A stretch of DNA of 46,223 nucleotides, from assembly GCA_039803305.1 (NCBI GenBank), contig JBDRYG010000003.1:1-46223 (forward strand), read 5' to 3'. The stretch's first letter is position 1. Each line of letters opens with the position of its first letter. Source of the stretch: a candidate division WOR-3 bacterium (GTDB lineage Bacteria; Hydrothermota; Hydrothermia; UBA1063). Positions 30,034 to 39,190 of the stretch are shown in pieces. The notes beneath the pieces were generated by a model that did no database searches, was not told the DNA's origin, and was given only the letters and a program-made list of their open reading frames with translations. A program made the translations under genes and the position numbers.

Positions 30034-31049
30034 ACCACCTCCGGTATCCTCTCCAAGATTTGCTCTTTTGGTAAGTCATTTAACTTCGAAACCATAATCA
30101 TCCTCAGCAGCCCAATCTCGTTTCTTTTTTTGAAGTAATAAGCTATTAAAGGTTCAACTCCAAGGTCCTTAGCCCCACCAAGACGGATAAACCCATTAAT
30201 ATAACTGGCAATATCTCTCTCCAGCCTTACATAGCTACCCGTCTTAAGATAATACTGATATCCAGGTGTTATTACATCACAATATACCGTATGCCTTATT
30301 TCGTGTAGTAAGGTTTGAAAATCACTAACCTTTGAAAAAACCTCCCTTGGGAGGTATCCACCGGGTAAGGAAAAATTACCATAACTTTCAAGCCTATTTA
30401 GGCGTTCAAGCCTGAGAAAAGTGAGGAGATTGTTAAGATCTGCCTTAATATTAAACAGTATTCCCAAATACTCAAAAGCTGTTTTACTTGTCAAATATTC
30501 ATACATAACCCTGTCCACAGCGGTGTCAATCCTGTAAATTTCTTTCTTTTCATAGTAAGATGCAATTGCTTCTTCATAAGCCTTTATTAAAAAAGGTTCG
30601 ACATGTTCCAGTTTGCCTGACTCAATGCAAAATCTTATAACACTTATAGGATAATAGGAATACCTCGTATAGTACGGACTGAAATCAGCCTCAAAAATCA
30701 CACTTTTTACTAATATTTTGATATTCAAAAAATCGTATGTAATCCGTAAATCTCTTTCCAGAGTTTTATCAACAGAAAGTTCGGAAACAAGTGCAAAAAG
30801 CTTCTCCAACTCTCTCCTTAGAATGATCTCATAATCAGCAGGTGAATGTACCTCATTCAAATATTTTGAATAATCGGTGTCCTGAAGCAACTTGAGAAGG
30901 TCTTCGAAATCTTTAGCTGTTGCGAGTCTTTCAAACCTAACTCTATCCAGTAAACGAGTTTCAAGTGCTTTCACACGACCACAGGCGTAAGCATATTCAG
31001 GATCATCCTTACCAAAAACCGGATACTTGCCAAACGGAAGCTTCAGCAT
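30030..31049 (-). CDS. ntpC: V/A-type ATPase subunit C (d)
   Basis: YAYACGRVKALETRLL, YDFLNIK, DLNNLLTFLR, GVEPLIAY..NEIGLLR. Confidence 0.9.
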   Translation of the reverse strand: MLKLPFGKYPVFGKDDPEYAYACGRVKALETRLLDRVRFERLATAKDFEDLLKLLQDTDYSKYLNEVHSPADYEIILRRELEKLFALVSELSVDKTLERDLRITYDFLNIKILVKSVIFEADFSPYYTRYSYYPISVIRFCIESGKLEHVEPFLIKAYEEAIASYYEKKEIYRIDTAVDRVMYEYLTSKTAFEYLGILFNIKADLNNLLTFLRLERLNRLESYGNFSLPGGYLPREVFSKVSDFQTLLHEIRHTVYCDVITPGYQYYLKTGSYVRLERDIASYINGFIRLGGAKDLGVEPLIAYYFKKRNEIGLLRMIMVSKLNDLPKEQILERIPEVV

Positions 31050-31051
31050 AA

Positions 31052-31627
31052 TTAACCAAAGAGTATTTTAGACACGTGTACTTCCGTCTCCTCTCTCACA
31101 ATTTCCATAAATTTCTCTAATGAAGCATCTATTTGAGTATTCTCACCTTTCGCAATAAAGCCACCTTTAATATTGACTCTCTTTTCAGAAATACTGATAT
31201 TCCATCCTTTTTGCCCGTTAATTTTATTTATAAAGTCATCATCGATAACAGGGTCCTTCTCGGCAATGTATAACACTTCGTTACCTTTCAAATCAAGATT
31301 TTCAAGAAGATGGTTTAAAATACTTTCATAGAGCTTCCTGTCAGATAGTATTCTATTGAGAACCTCACCGTAGACTTCTTCTAGTATTTCTCTTTTTAGC
31401 GCAGTAAGTTTTACATTTGACTTAATAACAAAATCTGCAACTAAAGCGTTTACTCTTTGAGAAACCAGCTTAGCTTTCTCCTCTTCAGCTTTTTTGATAA
31501 TCTGTTCTGCCCTTTTCTTCGCATCATCAAGTATCTTATCTCTGTCTTCAAGGGCTTTATCTAAAATCTCTTGCTTTTTTAACTCTGTTTCTTCCTTAAT
31601 CCTTTCTAAGATTTCTTTAAGGCCCAA
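31052..31627 (-). CDS. ntpE: V/A-type ATPase subunit E
   Basis: N-terminal coiled coil, IKGGF, terminal ILFG. TTG start with AGGAGG SD. Confidence 0.88.
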   Translation of the reverse strand: MGLKEILERIKEETELKKQEILDKALEDRDKILDDAKKRAEQIIKKAEEEKAKLVSQRVNALVADFVIKSNVKLTALKREILEEVYGEVLNRILSDRKLYESILNHLLENLDLKGNEVLYIAEKDPVIDDDFINKINGQKGWNISISEKRVNIKGGFIAKGENTQIDASLEKFMEIVREETEVHVSKILFG

Positions 31628-31639
31628 ATTAAGACCTCC

Positions 31640-32110
31640 TTACAGCTTTATTCCAAGAAGTAGGAAGATACTTGCAAGAAGCCCAAGAACAGCGTAAGTC
31701 TCAACGAGCCCTGCATATATAACCGGCTGCATAGATGCTTCGGGTTTCTTCGCAGCCATTTCTACACCAGCCGTACAAACTTTTCCCTGATGAATAGCTG
31801 AGAAGAAACCCAGCGTCATTATCGGTACTGTAGCGAGGAATATTTGGAGACCTGTCATAAAATCAACGGCCTTAACTTCGCCTAAAAGCCCGACTTTAAT
31901 AATCACAAGAAGTGCAGTAATAAATCCATAAAATCCCTGTGTACCCGGAAGAGCAACGAGTAAAAATAACTTTCCAAATTTGCCGGGATCTTCAGACAAT
32001 ACTCCAGCTGCTGCCCTGGCGGTAGTTCCTACTCCAATAGCTGAGCCAAGGCCTGGCAAGAAAGTAGCAAGGCCTGCACCGAGAATTGCTAACCAAAGTC
32101 CGATACTCAA
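31640..32110 (-). CDS. ntpK: V/A-type ATPase subunit K (c ring, four TM, Na+-type)
   Basis: GSAIGVG, LPGTQGFYG, SAIHQG, VETYA, as in Enterococcus hirae NtpK. TTG start with AGGAGG SD. Confidence 0.95.
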   Translation of the reverse strand: MSIGLWLAILGAGLATFLPGLGSAIGVGTTARAAAGVLSEDPGKFGKLFLLVALPGTQGFYGFITALLVIIKVGLLGEVKAVDFMTGLQIFLATVPIMTLGFFSAIHQGKVCTAGVEMAAKKPEASMQPVIYAGLVETYAVLGLLASIFLLLGIKL

Positions 32111-32112
32111 TT

Positions 32113-34083
32113 TTAAACCTCCTGTTTTATATTATTTACAATTTCTGTGTATTTGCCTGTCCATCCTAAAGGATCAAATGAAATTCCTCCGTCATCATAA
32201 AACTGTTTAAAAAACTCAACATACTGTAAACGAAGGGGGTGAACAATGGAACCCAATATATTTATCACTACACTAAATAAATGACCAAAAATAAAAACGA
32301 TTGGTGCGAGAACAAACCCTAAAACGGGAATTTGCCACACCAGTAAGGTTAGAATGTTAATTGCCATGGCTATACCAGAAGAAGTAAGGCCCAAAGCCAT
32401 AAGACGGACATACGAGAGAAGGTCTCCAAGAAAACCTACTCCATTGTAAACATTGTAGGCACCTTTTATTATTCTAATTATGAAATTTCTACTTCGCCAT
32501 GAGCTAAATAAAACCATTAACAAAATGGAAATTGCGATGAGAATTAAAGATAATTTATCAAGGAGAGAGTTCTCTAACCTTCGAGCAAGAGCGAACTTGT
32601 AAAGTAAAGAGATAAGCACCACAATCCATGCAAAAGGAAGGGAAATCGCACCTAAAATATCCCCTTCTTTGATCTTTTTTAGACCATTTACAAAAAGTCC
32701 TACTATCACCTGGATAAAACCAAGCAAGATGGTGAGTCCGAAAAATACTAAAACATCCTGCATAGGATCGAAAAGCATCAACTTCTTTCTTAAGTGATTA
32801 AGAGAAACAATATTCGCTCGTTCTAAAAAGTCTCCAAACCATCCACCTGTTAGTACTCCAAAGATAAATGACGCTATGCCTCCCATGATAAGGATGAGAG
32901 GCAATCCTCCAGAAATTTTAAGTTTCCGCATTATTAGGTATGAGAGAATAGTTAAAATAACTCCATAGGCAGCATCACCAAAGCAAATACCAAAAAACAA
33001 GATAAAGAAGGGAGCAATCAAAGGAGTTGGGTCAGGATCTGATTCGGAAGGTAATCCGTACATTTTTACAAGACCCTCAAAAGGCTTAAATCCCCTCTTA
33101 TTTTCAATGAGTACGGGCACCTGTTCATCCTTTTCAGGAATCAGAAGCTCAAAATAAGCTGTGGGAAAGTCTTTTAAAATTTCCTCAAATTTTGGAAGGT
33201 CGGCCTTTCTCACATAACCAGTGTAAATAGCTGAAAAAGAAGTTTTTACCCCCTTGTTATCAACCAATTCTCTTCTGTAGATCCCATAATAATAGTCACG
33301 GAGCACCAATAATTCTTTAAATCTTTTAGAAACCTCCCTGATAAGTTCCCCTATACTTTCCTTTTCATTCAAAACTGAAGTCAACTTGGACTGGAGCTCT
33401 GCCAGAATGTCCCTGGGTAAACCTGTAAAACCATGAAACTCCACCTGTTCAAATTCCACTTCCTGAAGAATCTGCCTTACAATATCTTCGTCTTTCCTGA
33501 GATAAACTACTACCACATAACTCCTTTTGCCATCATCGCTCACAACTTGAAGCCCGATTGGAGATTTTTCTAAAATATCCTTATATCGAGAGGGAAAAGT
33601 ACCTGCCAGGTATATAACTTCCCCACTTGCTTTAATCATCTCTACCGGGTATTGGAGATTAACCCAGGGCGATATAAATTCAATTTGCGCCTTCAAGTTA
33701 GATTCAATTTGATTTAATTGATTTAACTCCTGTTCTAAAGTCTCGGTCTGAATTAAAATAGCCCCTGGTTCAATACAATTTGCAATTTTTACAAAATCCC
33801 CAAGCGAAACAGGCTCTTTGCGTTCTATCAGATTATCAACAAAAGACTTCTTCCTCGCATAAGGTTCCAGGAACCTTATAGCATTTTCAAGCCTGTGGAT
33901 TAAAGATTCAAGGTGGGATTCAAAAGCTTCCTCAGCAGGGTGATGCGTGTTATATTCATCCTTTATCTCTTTACTTACATCGGAAAAATGGAAAATTTCT
34001 TCATCTTGTAACCTGGCTAGAAGACGCTCCCGCTCAGAATAATGAACATATAATGCTACCTTCTGCAAAGGTATCTTTGCCAT
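32113..34083 (-). CDS. ntpI: V/A-type ATPase subunit I (a)
   Basis: PFE..MYGLP, DPTP, FFG..FGDAAYG, GDLLSYVRLMAL, VHPLRLQYVEFF. Confidence 0.95.
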   Translation of the reverse strand: MAKIPLQKVALYVHYSERERLLARLQDEEIFHFSDVSKEIKDEYNTHHPAEEAFESHLESLIHRLENAIRFLEPYARKKSFVDNLIERKEPVSLGDFVKIANCIEPGAILIQTETLEQELNQLNQIESNLKAQIEFISPWVNLQYPVEMIKASGEVIYLAGTFPSRYKDILEKSPIGLQVVSDDGKRSYVVVVYLRKDEDIVRQILQEVEFEQVEFHGFTGLPRDILAELQSKLTSVLNEKESIGELIREVSKRFKELLVLRDYYYGIYRRELVDNKGVKTSFSAIYTGYVRKADLPKFEEILKDFPTAYFELLIPEKDEQVPVLIENKRGFKPFEGLVKMYGLPSESDPDPTPLIAPFFILFFGICFGDAAYGVILTILSYLIMRKLKISGGLPLILIMGGIASFIFGVLTGGWFGDFLERANIVSLNHLRKKLMLFDPMQDVLVFFGLTILLGFIQVIVGLFVNGLKKIKEGDILGAISLPFAWIVVLISLLYKFALARRLENSLLDKLSLILIAISILLMVLFSSWRSRNFIIRIIKGAYNVYNGVGFLGDLLSYVRLMALGLTSSGIAMAINILTLLVWQIPVLGFVLAPIVFIFGHLFSVVINILGSIVHPLRLQYVEFFKQFYDDGGISFDPLGWTGKYTEIVNNIKQEV

Positions 34084-34085
34084 GG

Positions 34086-34388
34086 TTAAAATCTGCTAAG
34101 AATAAACTCTAAAGCAGTATTTTTATTACCATCTGCACGCTTTTTTATTGTCTCAGCTTTCTTCTCAAATTCACTCCTAAGCTCTATGATCCTCTGTTCA
34201 GCGATCTTCTGCGCGTCATCTTCTACCTGAGATAATAGTTTCTTTCTTTTTTCCTGAGCTTCTTCCAAGATCTCCTTAGACTTTTTTAGAGCTTCTTGAA
34301 TAATCTTTGAGGCGTCTTCTTGAGCCTTCTTTATTATCTCTTCAGACTCTTTCTCAGCCTGTTTAATTCTCTTTATGACATCTTCCAT
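34086..34388 (-). CDS. V/A-type ATPase peripheral stalk subunit H/G
   Basis: 100-aa E/K/A-rich coiled coil (IKQAEKESEEII), first gene of the operon. Confidence 0.8.
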   Translation of the reverse strand: MEDVIKRIKQAEKESEEIIKKAQEDASKIIQEALKKSKEILEEAQEKRKKLLSQVEDDAQKIAEQRIIELRSEFEKKAETIKKRADGNKNTALEFILSRF

Positions 34389-34392
34389 TTTG

Positions 34393-34432
34393 CCTCCCGT
34401 AATATTTTAAATCAGAACGTAAGCAAATGCAA
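34393..34432 (-). promoter_or_regulatory. Promoter and SD of the V/A-ATPase operon
   Basis: Minus strand TTGCAT-N17-TAAAAT-N5-GGGAGG-N4-ATG. Confidence 0.6.
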
Positions 34433-34458
34433 GAAAAATAAACGAATCTTTAATTCGC
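34432..34458 (-). terminator. Possible weak intrinsic terminator after the UDG gene
   Basis: Minus strand GCGAAT-TAAAG-ATTCGT followed by TTATTTTTCT. The stem is short. Confidence 0.25.
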
Positions 34459-34459
34459 T

Positions 34460-35179
34460 CTATCTTGGAATTAAATTACCAACAACTTCACGAAATTTTT
34501 TCAGCAATTCAATATAGCGTTTTTCGTTCTCTGGAGTTTTATTCCGGATGATAAAAGAAGGATGGTGTATAGGAAAAACAGTAATCTCTCCGCTCCTGAT
34601 TTTTCTCGGCTGACCTGCTATAAAGGATATATTAACATTGGGTCCTAAAAAGTATCTTATTGAAGGATTACCCATAGCCAGTATAAACTTTGGTTTAATT
34701 ATACTTATTTGAGCTTCTAGCCAGGTAGAACACGCCTTAATCTCAGAAGGATGAGGCTCCCTGAATGCCTTCGTCCTCCGAAAAGGCTGCGCATTGCCGT
34801 TGATTTTCCCATTCATGTGATTACCGTTAGTAATTTTTATTGGAAAACATTTTAAAACATTAGCAAGATACAGGTCTCTTTCTCTGTCTATACCTGCCTC
34901 TCTCATAGCATGGTCCAGAAATTCACCAGCCCTTCCGACAAAGGGCTTTCCCAACTCATCTTCTTCGGGCCCTGGTGCCTCGCCCACTGCCATAATCCCC
35001 GAGTAGGGGTTCCCCCATCCAAAGACAAACTTATTTCTTGTAGCATATAAAGGACACTTTTTACATTTTACTGCTATTTGTTCAAGCTGATACAATTTAT
35101 AAAGCTTATTACCTTCGGGAATCCAAACAGTCGAATATCCAAGGATATCCCTTAGCAAAGTCACCCTAAAATCTTTCAT
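34460..35179 (-). CDS. Uracil-DNA glycosylase family 4 (4Fe-4S)
   Basis: CKKCPL, VGEAPG.EED..G.PFVGRAG, NVLKC, EIKAC, HHPS. Confidence 0.93.
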   Translation of the reverse strand: MKDFRVTLLRDILGYSTVWIPEGNKLYKLYQLEQIAVKCKKCPLYATRNKFVFGWGNPYSGIMAVGEAPGPEEDELGKPFVGRAGEFLDHAMREAGIDRERDLYLANVLKCFPIKITNGNHMNGKINGNAQPFRRTKAFREPHPSEIKACSTWLEAQISIIKPKFILAMGNPSIRYFLGPNVNISFIAGQPRKIRSGEITVFPIHHPSFIIRNKTPENEKRYIELLKKFREVVGNLIPR

Positions 35180-36344
35180 TGGCTAAAGCAAGGACTTTAT
35201 CAAGTATGAGTTCAGCAAGCTTTTCTTTACAAATATTATCAAATGGAGTCTCATTACCATCTCTGTCTATAATCACCCCACTGGAATTTTCGGAGCCCAT
35301 GGCAGATGCGTAATTCCCTACAATGATATCTAGCTTTTTTTCATGCAATTTCTGTTTGGCATATTCAATCAAATTTCCTGTCTCAAGAGCAAATCCCACA
35401 AATATTTGACTATTTTTCTTTAAACTCGCTATCTGACTCAATATGTCTACGGTCTTTACGAGACTCAGGTTCAGACTGTTCTGTTTCTTTAATTTAAATT
35501 CCAAATAACGCTCAGGTTTGTAATCAGACACGGCAGCTGCCATTATTAATACTGTTGATTCAGGTAGCAAAGTTTTAACACGTTCATACATCTCATCGGC
35601 GGTTTTGACTTTGTAAATTTCACCTCTCTCATACGGCTGAATAGAAGTTTCTCCAACCACTTGAACCAATTTACCCCCGTATTCAATAACCTTTTTACAG
35701 AGATAGTAGCCCATGATACCAGAAGATTTATTTGTTATTACCCTGACGGGGTCCAAAGGTTCTTCAGTTCTACCATAGGAAACAATTACAGACATACCTT
35801 TTAACGGCCTGCCCCTCAGAAGGGATAAAATATCTTCAACTATAAAATCCTCACGATAAAGTCTACCACAACCTGTCTCTCCTGAGGCGAGGGGACCACG
35901 CTCTGGACCTGAAAAGAAAATGCCCCTGTATTCTTTGAGATAACTGACAGTCCCCTGAAGTTCTGGGTTAAGCCACATCTCCTCATGCATTGCAGGGGCA
36001 ACTAAAATTGGACCCTTAAACGCAACAATAGTATTGGTAAGAAGATTATCAGCAATAAGGTGGCGGATCTTGGAGAGTGTGTTTGCAGTGCACGGGACAA
36101 TAGCTAATACATCAGCCCAGTGAGCAAGCTCAATGTGAAGACTTTTACCTGCGTTCCAGAAATCATCTTCAGTAAAAACTCTTCCTCTGGTGAGAGCACT
36201 TACAAGATTTCTCGATATAAATTTTTCGGCAGATGCTGTCAGGATTACATTAACTTCATGACCTTGCTTTTCTAAAGCTCTAATTACATTTATGCTTTTA
36301 TAGAGAGAAATGCTCCCTGTAATTCCGATTAATACTTTACCCAA
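35166..36344 (-). CDS. coaBC: Bifunctional phosphopantothenoylcysteine decarboxylase / phosphopantothenate-cysteine ligase
   Basis: GITGSIS.YK, HIELA, PCTANT, PAMH, TEEPLDPVR.ITNKSSG.MG, AAAVSDY, VGFALET. Confidence 0.95.
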   Translation of the reverse strand: MGKVLIGITGSISLYKSINVIRALEKQGHEVNVILTASAEKFISRNLVSALTRGRVFTEDDFWNAGKSLHIELAHWADVLAIVPCTANTLSKIRHLIADNLLTNTIVAFKGPILVAPAMHEEMWLNPELQGTVSYLKEYRGIFFSGPERGPLASGETGCGRLYREDFIVEDILSLLRGRPLKGMSVIVSYGRTEEPLDPVRVITNKSSGIMGYYLCKKVIEYGGKLVQVVGETSIQPYERGEIYKVKTADEMYERVKTLLPESTVLIMAAAVSDYKPERYLEFKLKKQNSLNLSLVKTVDILSQIASLKKNSQIFVGFALETGNLIEYAKQKLHEKKLDIIVGNYASAMGSENSSGVIIDRDGNETPFDNICKEKLAELILDKVLALANERF

Positions 36345-36345
36345 T

Positions 36346-36597
36346 TTATATGCCCGACTCTTCTAATTTTTGTTCCTCTAATATCTGATACTTTACACCG
36401 TCCCGAAATACTTTGTGAAGAGCAAGAATTGTTGGTTTAACATCCTCATCGACAAGTCCAAGTTTTGCTTTAACTTCATCTTCTTGCTTTGTGTCAGAGA
36501 TGATTTTAGCTACTTTCGAGACCAGTAGAACCATGAGGTACCTGGACCCGTATTTTTCCTTAAGCTCGTCAAAAATCTGAAACTTTTTTAGCGCCAT
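36346..36597 (-). CDS. rpoZ: RNA polymerase omega subunit
   Basis: GSRYLMVLLVSK.AK and KPTILAL motifs; rpoZ-coaBC synteny. Start ATG 36597 after AGGAGGGAGAGG. Confidence 0.7.
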   Translation of the reverse strand: MALKKFQIFDELKEKYGSRYLMVLLVSKVAKIISDTKQEDEVKAKLGLVDEDVKPTILALHKVFRDGVKYQILEEQKLEESGI

Positions 36598-36997
36598 CCT
36601 CTCCCTCCTTAGACATTTTTTTTGCAAATTTATCTGCCAACTTATTAAATTCCCTGGAAATATGATTTATCTCCCAAACCTTGAAACAACTTAAAAGCGA
36701 TCTACAATCCTCATGGAGCTTCTTTAAATTTTCTGCTCTCACTTTGTATTCACCCGTTAACTGCTTTTTCAAAAGTTCTGAATCTGTATTTATAACAACA
36801 TATTCACATCCAAGCTCTTGTGCTTTTCTAAGAGCTTCAATAAGTCCCATATATTCAGCCTCATTATTAGTCCTTATACCAAGACGTTTCATTCCCTCAA
36901 AGGATTTTAAACCATTAATGTAAATTATAAATGCACACCCTGCAACACCAGGATTTCCTCTTGATGAACCATCGACAAAAACTTCACATTTCCTCAT
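36569..36997 (-). CDS. rnhA: Ribonuclease HI family protein (archaeal/actinobacterial-like)
   Basis: VDGSSRGNPG, TNNEAEY, TDSEL..QLTGEYKV, HISREFNKLAD. Confidence 0.9.
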   Translation of the reverse strand: MRKCEVFVDGSSRGNPGVAGCAFIIYINGLKSFEGMKRLGIRTNNEAEYMGLIEALRKAQELGCEYVVINTDSELLKKQLTGEYKVRAENLKKLHEDCRSLLSCFKVWEINHISREFNKLADKFAKKMSKEGEDGAKKVSDF

Positions 36998-37724
36998 GAT
37001 AGTAAATTATTCTTCCACAATTAGGACACCTTGAATAATCCTCCCTCATTTTTAGGTTCTGTACAAAGGCAGGCGGAATTACACTATTACACCCCGAGCA
37101 GGCATAATCAATCTCCTTCCTAACAGAATTTGAAGCCATTATTACTTTGCACACCACTACGGGACCAAGCCGCGCATACAATTTCTCAAAGAGCTCTCTG
37201 TCCTTATTGGGCAACTTTGTGAGAAGAGTCTCTTTTAAAGCTTTCTTCTGTTCAAAGGCTTCATTTAACTTTTCAAACTCTTCTTTCTTGCTATTAAGCT
37301 CTTCCATCTTTAATGCAAGTTCCCCCTCAATCTTTGCAGTTTTGTCAGGCAATTGATTTTTTAGGTTTTCGACGAGTTCCAGTTGGGCGATAATCTCCTC
37401 TTCTTTTTTTCTTTTCTCAAGGTCCGCATGCTCTATTTGAGATTGCATTGCTCTAAATTCCTCGTTCGATTTTACTTGACGAGCTTTCTCCTGAAACGTG
37501 CGAATTTTTTCCTGTATCTCTCTTAGATCAACTTCTAACTCCCTGAGTTTAACTTCCTCTTTCTTAAAATCCGCAACTACTTTCTCTTTCTCTTTTCTAA
37601 GTCTTTCTATTTCAGACTCTAATTCATTAATTTCACCAGGCAAAACCCTTTTTCTCCTCGTAATTTCCTGTATCTCCTCCTCTAAACCCTGAATTTCAAT
37701 TAAAACTTTTAAAACATCGTTCAT
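36984..37724 (-). CDS. Coiled-coil protein with a C4 zinc ribbon (CT398/DUF164 family)
   Basis: Long coiled coil, CSGC..CPNCGRIIY. Confidence 0.88.
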   Translation of the reverse strand: MNDVLKVLIEIQGLEEEIQEITRRKRVLPGEINELESEIERLRKEKEKVVADFKKEEVKLRELEVDLREIQEKIRTFQEKARQVKSNEEFRAMQSQIEHADLEKRKKEEEIIAQLELVENLKNQLPDKTAKIEGELALKMEELNSKKEEFEKLNEAFEQKKALKETLLTKLPNKDRELFEKLYARLGPVVVCKVIMASNSVRKEIDYACSGCNSVIPPAFVQNLKMREDYSRCPNCGRIIYYHEEM

Positions 37725-37761
37725 ACATGTAAATTTTATAGTAAAATTCGCGAAAGAGCAA
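37725..37761 (-). promoter_or_regulatory. Promoter of the zinc ribbon-rnhA-rpoZ-coaBC-UDG unit, near-leaderless
   Basis: Minus strand TTGCTC-N17-TAAAAT-N8-ATG, no SD. Confidence 0.55.
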
Positions 37762-37769
37762 TAAATAAG

Positions 37770-39098
37770 CTACTTGAGAACTTTTAGTGCCTTACTAATA
37801 AGTTCAGAAGCCTTTTCCGATGTTTCGGCTTCGGCGTAAATCCTCAAAATAGGCTCTGTGTTTGATTTTCTAATATGAACCCACTCATGCCGCTTTCTAA
37901 AGTAGATGCCATCAATTTCGCTAACTTCAAAATTCTTAAATTCTTTTCTAAGTTCATCCCGGGGAATTTCACTACCCCATTCAACCTTTCTCTTCACCAT
38001 GTAATAACGAGGCATCTTTGAAAGTACATCATAAATATTTTCCTCTGCCATCAGAGAGAGTATAAGTGCAATTCCGACCAATGAATCCCTGGCTGGGTTA
38101 ATTGCAGGATAAATTACGCCTCCATTTCCTTCACCACCTACTACTGCACCTTTTTCCAACATTGAGTTAACTACATTGGCTTCGCCAACGGGGGTCCTGA
38201 ATACGTTTACCTTATATAAACGTGCAACGTCCTCTATCATCATAGAAGTGGAAAGGTTAACAACCACATCTCCTTTAACGTATTTTAACACATGATAGGC
38301 TGCTAGAGGAACAGAATATTCCTCTGAAAGTATCCCTGTATCTTTGAATCCTACTACCAGTCTGTCCCCGTCCGGATCTGTAGCGAAAGCGACATCAGCA
38401 TCCTCTTTAAACAGTAATGACTCAAGATCCGAAAGATGCTCTTTTTTGGGCTCAGGATTTCTCGAAAATTCACCACTATCATCACAATATAAAGGTATGA
38501 CCCGACATCCAAGCGTCTTAAGAAGGGTTGGAATAGCATCAAAAGCAGCTCCATTTACGCAATCACAAACTACTGTGAATCCCTTTTTTCTTATTTCACG
38601 CAGCCTTATTAAAGGGTGCTCAACTATAGCAGATACATGATCACCGATCGCATTATTATTTATCCTTAACGGTTTATATTCCCAAAATTTGCACCATTCA
38701 GGAGTTTCGTTTACGAGATTCTCTATGCGCATAACATCTTGAGACGAAATAAACATTCCATTAGAATTAACAAATTTCAATGCATTCCATTCAATTGGGT
38801 TATGACTTGCAGTTATCATCACGCCACCAGAAAGATTTTTCGTTCTAACAAAATGAAGAAGAGTTGGAGTGGGGACAATTCCTAAGTCAATAACCTCTTT
38901 TCCACAGGAAAGTATCGTAGATATAACAGCCTTTCGCAATGCAAGACTATGCGGACGTGTATCTTGAGCCACTGCGTAAGTTGTCCCCCCATTATGCCTG
39001 AGAAAAGCTGCTGTATATTTGACAGCTGTTATTAAATCGAGAGATTCACCTACAACTCCCCTTAATCCAGATACTGAAAAAAGTAGTTTACTATCCAT
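37770..39098 (-). CDS. glmM: Phosphoglucosamine mutase / phosphomannomutase
   Basis: SVSGLRG, ITASHNP, DPDGDR, GEGNGG, IRKSNTEP. Start moved to ATG 39098 because the longer ORF runs through the tRNA. Confidence 0.85.
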   Translation of the reverse strand: MDSKLLFSVSGLRGVVGESLDLITAVKYTAAFLRHNGGTTYAVAQDTRPHSLALRKAVISTILSCGKEVIDLGIVPTPTLLHFVRTKNLSGGVMITASHNPIEWNALKFVNSNGMFISSQDVMRIENLVNETPEWCKFWEYKPLRINNNAIGDHVSAIVEHPLIRLREIRKKGFTVVCDCVNGAAFDAIPTLLKTLGCRVIPLYCDDSGEFSRNPEPKKEHLSDLESLLFKEDADVAFATDPDGDRLVVGFKDTGILSEEYSVPLAAYHVLKYVKGDVVVNLSTSMMIEDVARLYKVNVFRTPVGEANVVNSMLEKGAVVGGEGNGGVIYPAINPARDSLVGIALILSLMAEENIYDVLSKMPRYYMVKRKVEWGSEIPRDELRKEFKNFEVSEIDGIYFRKRHEWVHIRKSNTEPILRIYAEAETSEKASELISKALKVLK

Positions 39099-39110
39099 AT
39101 AAGATTTGAA

Positions 39111-39183
39111 AGCTGGCGGGCGGACTCGAACCGCCAACCTGCGCATTACGAATGCGCTGCTCTGCCGATTGAGCTACGCCAGC
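39111..39183 (-). tRNA. tRNA-Thr(CGT), CCA not encoded
   Basis: Reverse complement folds as GCTGGCG TA GCTC-AATCGGCA-GAGC A GCGCA-TTCGTAA-TGCGC AGGTT GGCGG-TTCGAGT-CCGCC CGCCAGC T, followed by TTC. Confidence 0.96.
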
Positions 39184-39190
39184 TTGAGTT

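Noticed and set aside
35860-35910. CoaBC has LASGETGCGR rather than the LACG catalytic Cys motif
   Set aside because: Variants lacking this Cys are, to my knowledge, common in Bacteroidota and Actinobacteria CoaBC, so it is not evidence of inactivation or novelty.
36984-37724. Coiled-coil protein as a possible substitute for the missing ATPase subunit D
   Set aside because: It has a C4 zinc ribbon and the usual RNase H neighbourhood of the CT398 family, and shows no subunit D motifs.
37732-37748. AATTTTA-TAG-TAAAATT palindrome over a -10 box
   Set aside because: Pure A/T arms are expected by chance in this AT-rich sequence; single occurrence.
39099-39146. N-terminal extension of glmM (MRRLAVRVRPPAFKSY) in the ORF track
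   Set aside because: It is the translated 3' half of the tRNA-Thr gene; the homologous region begins at MDSKLLFSVSG.
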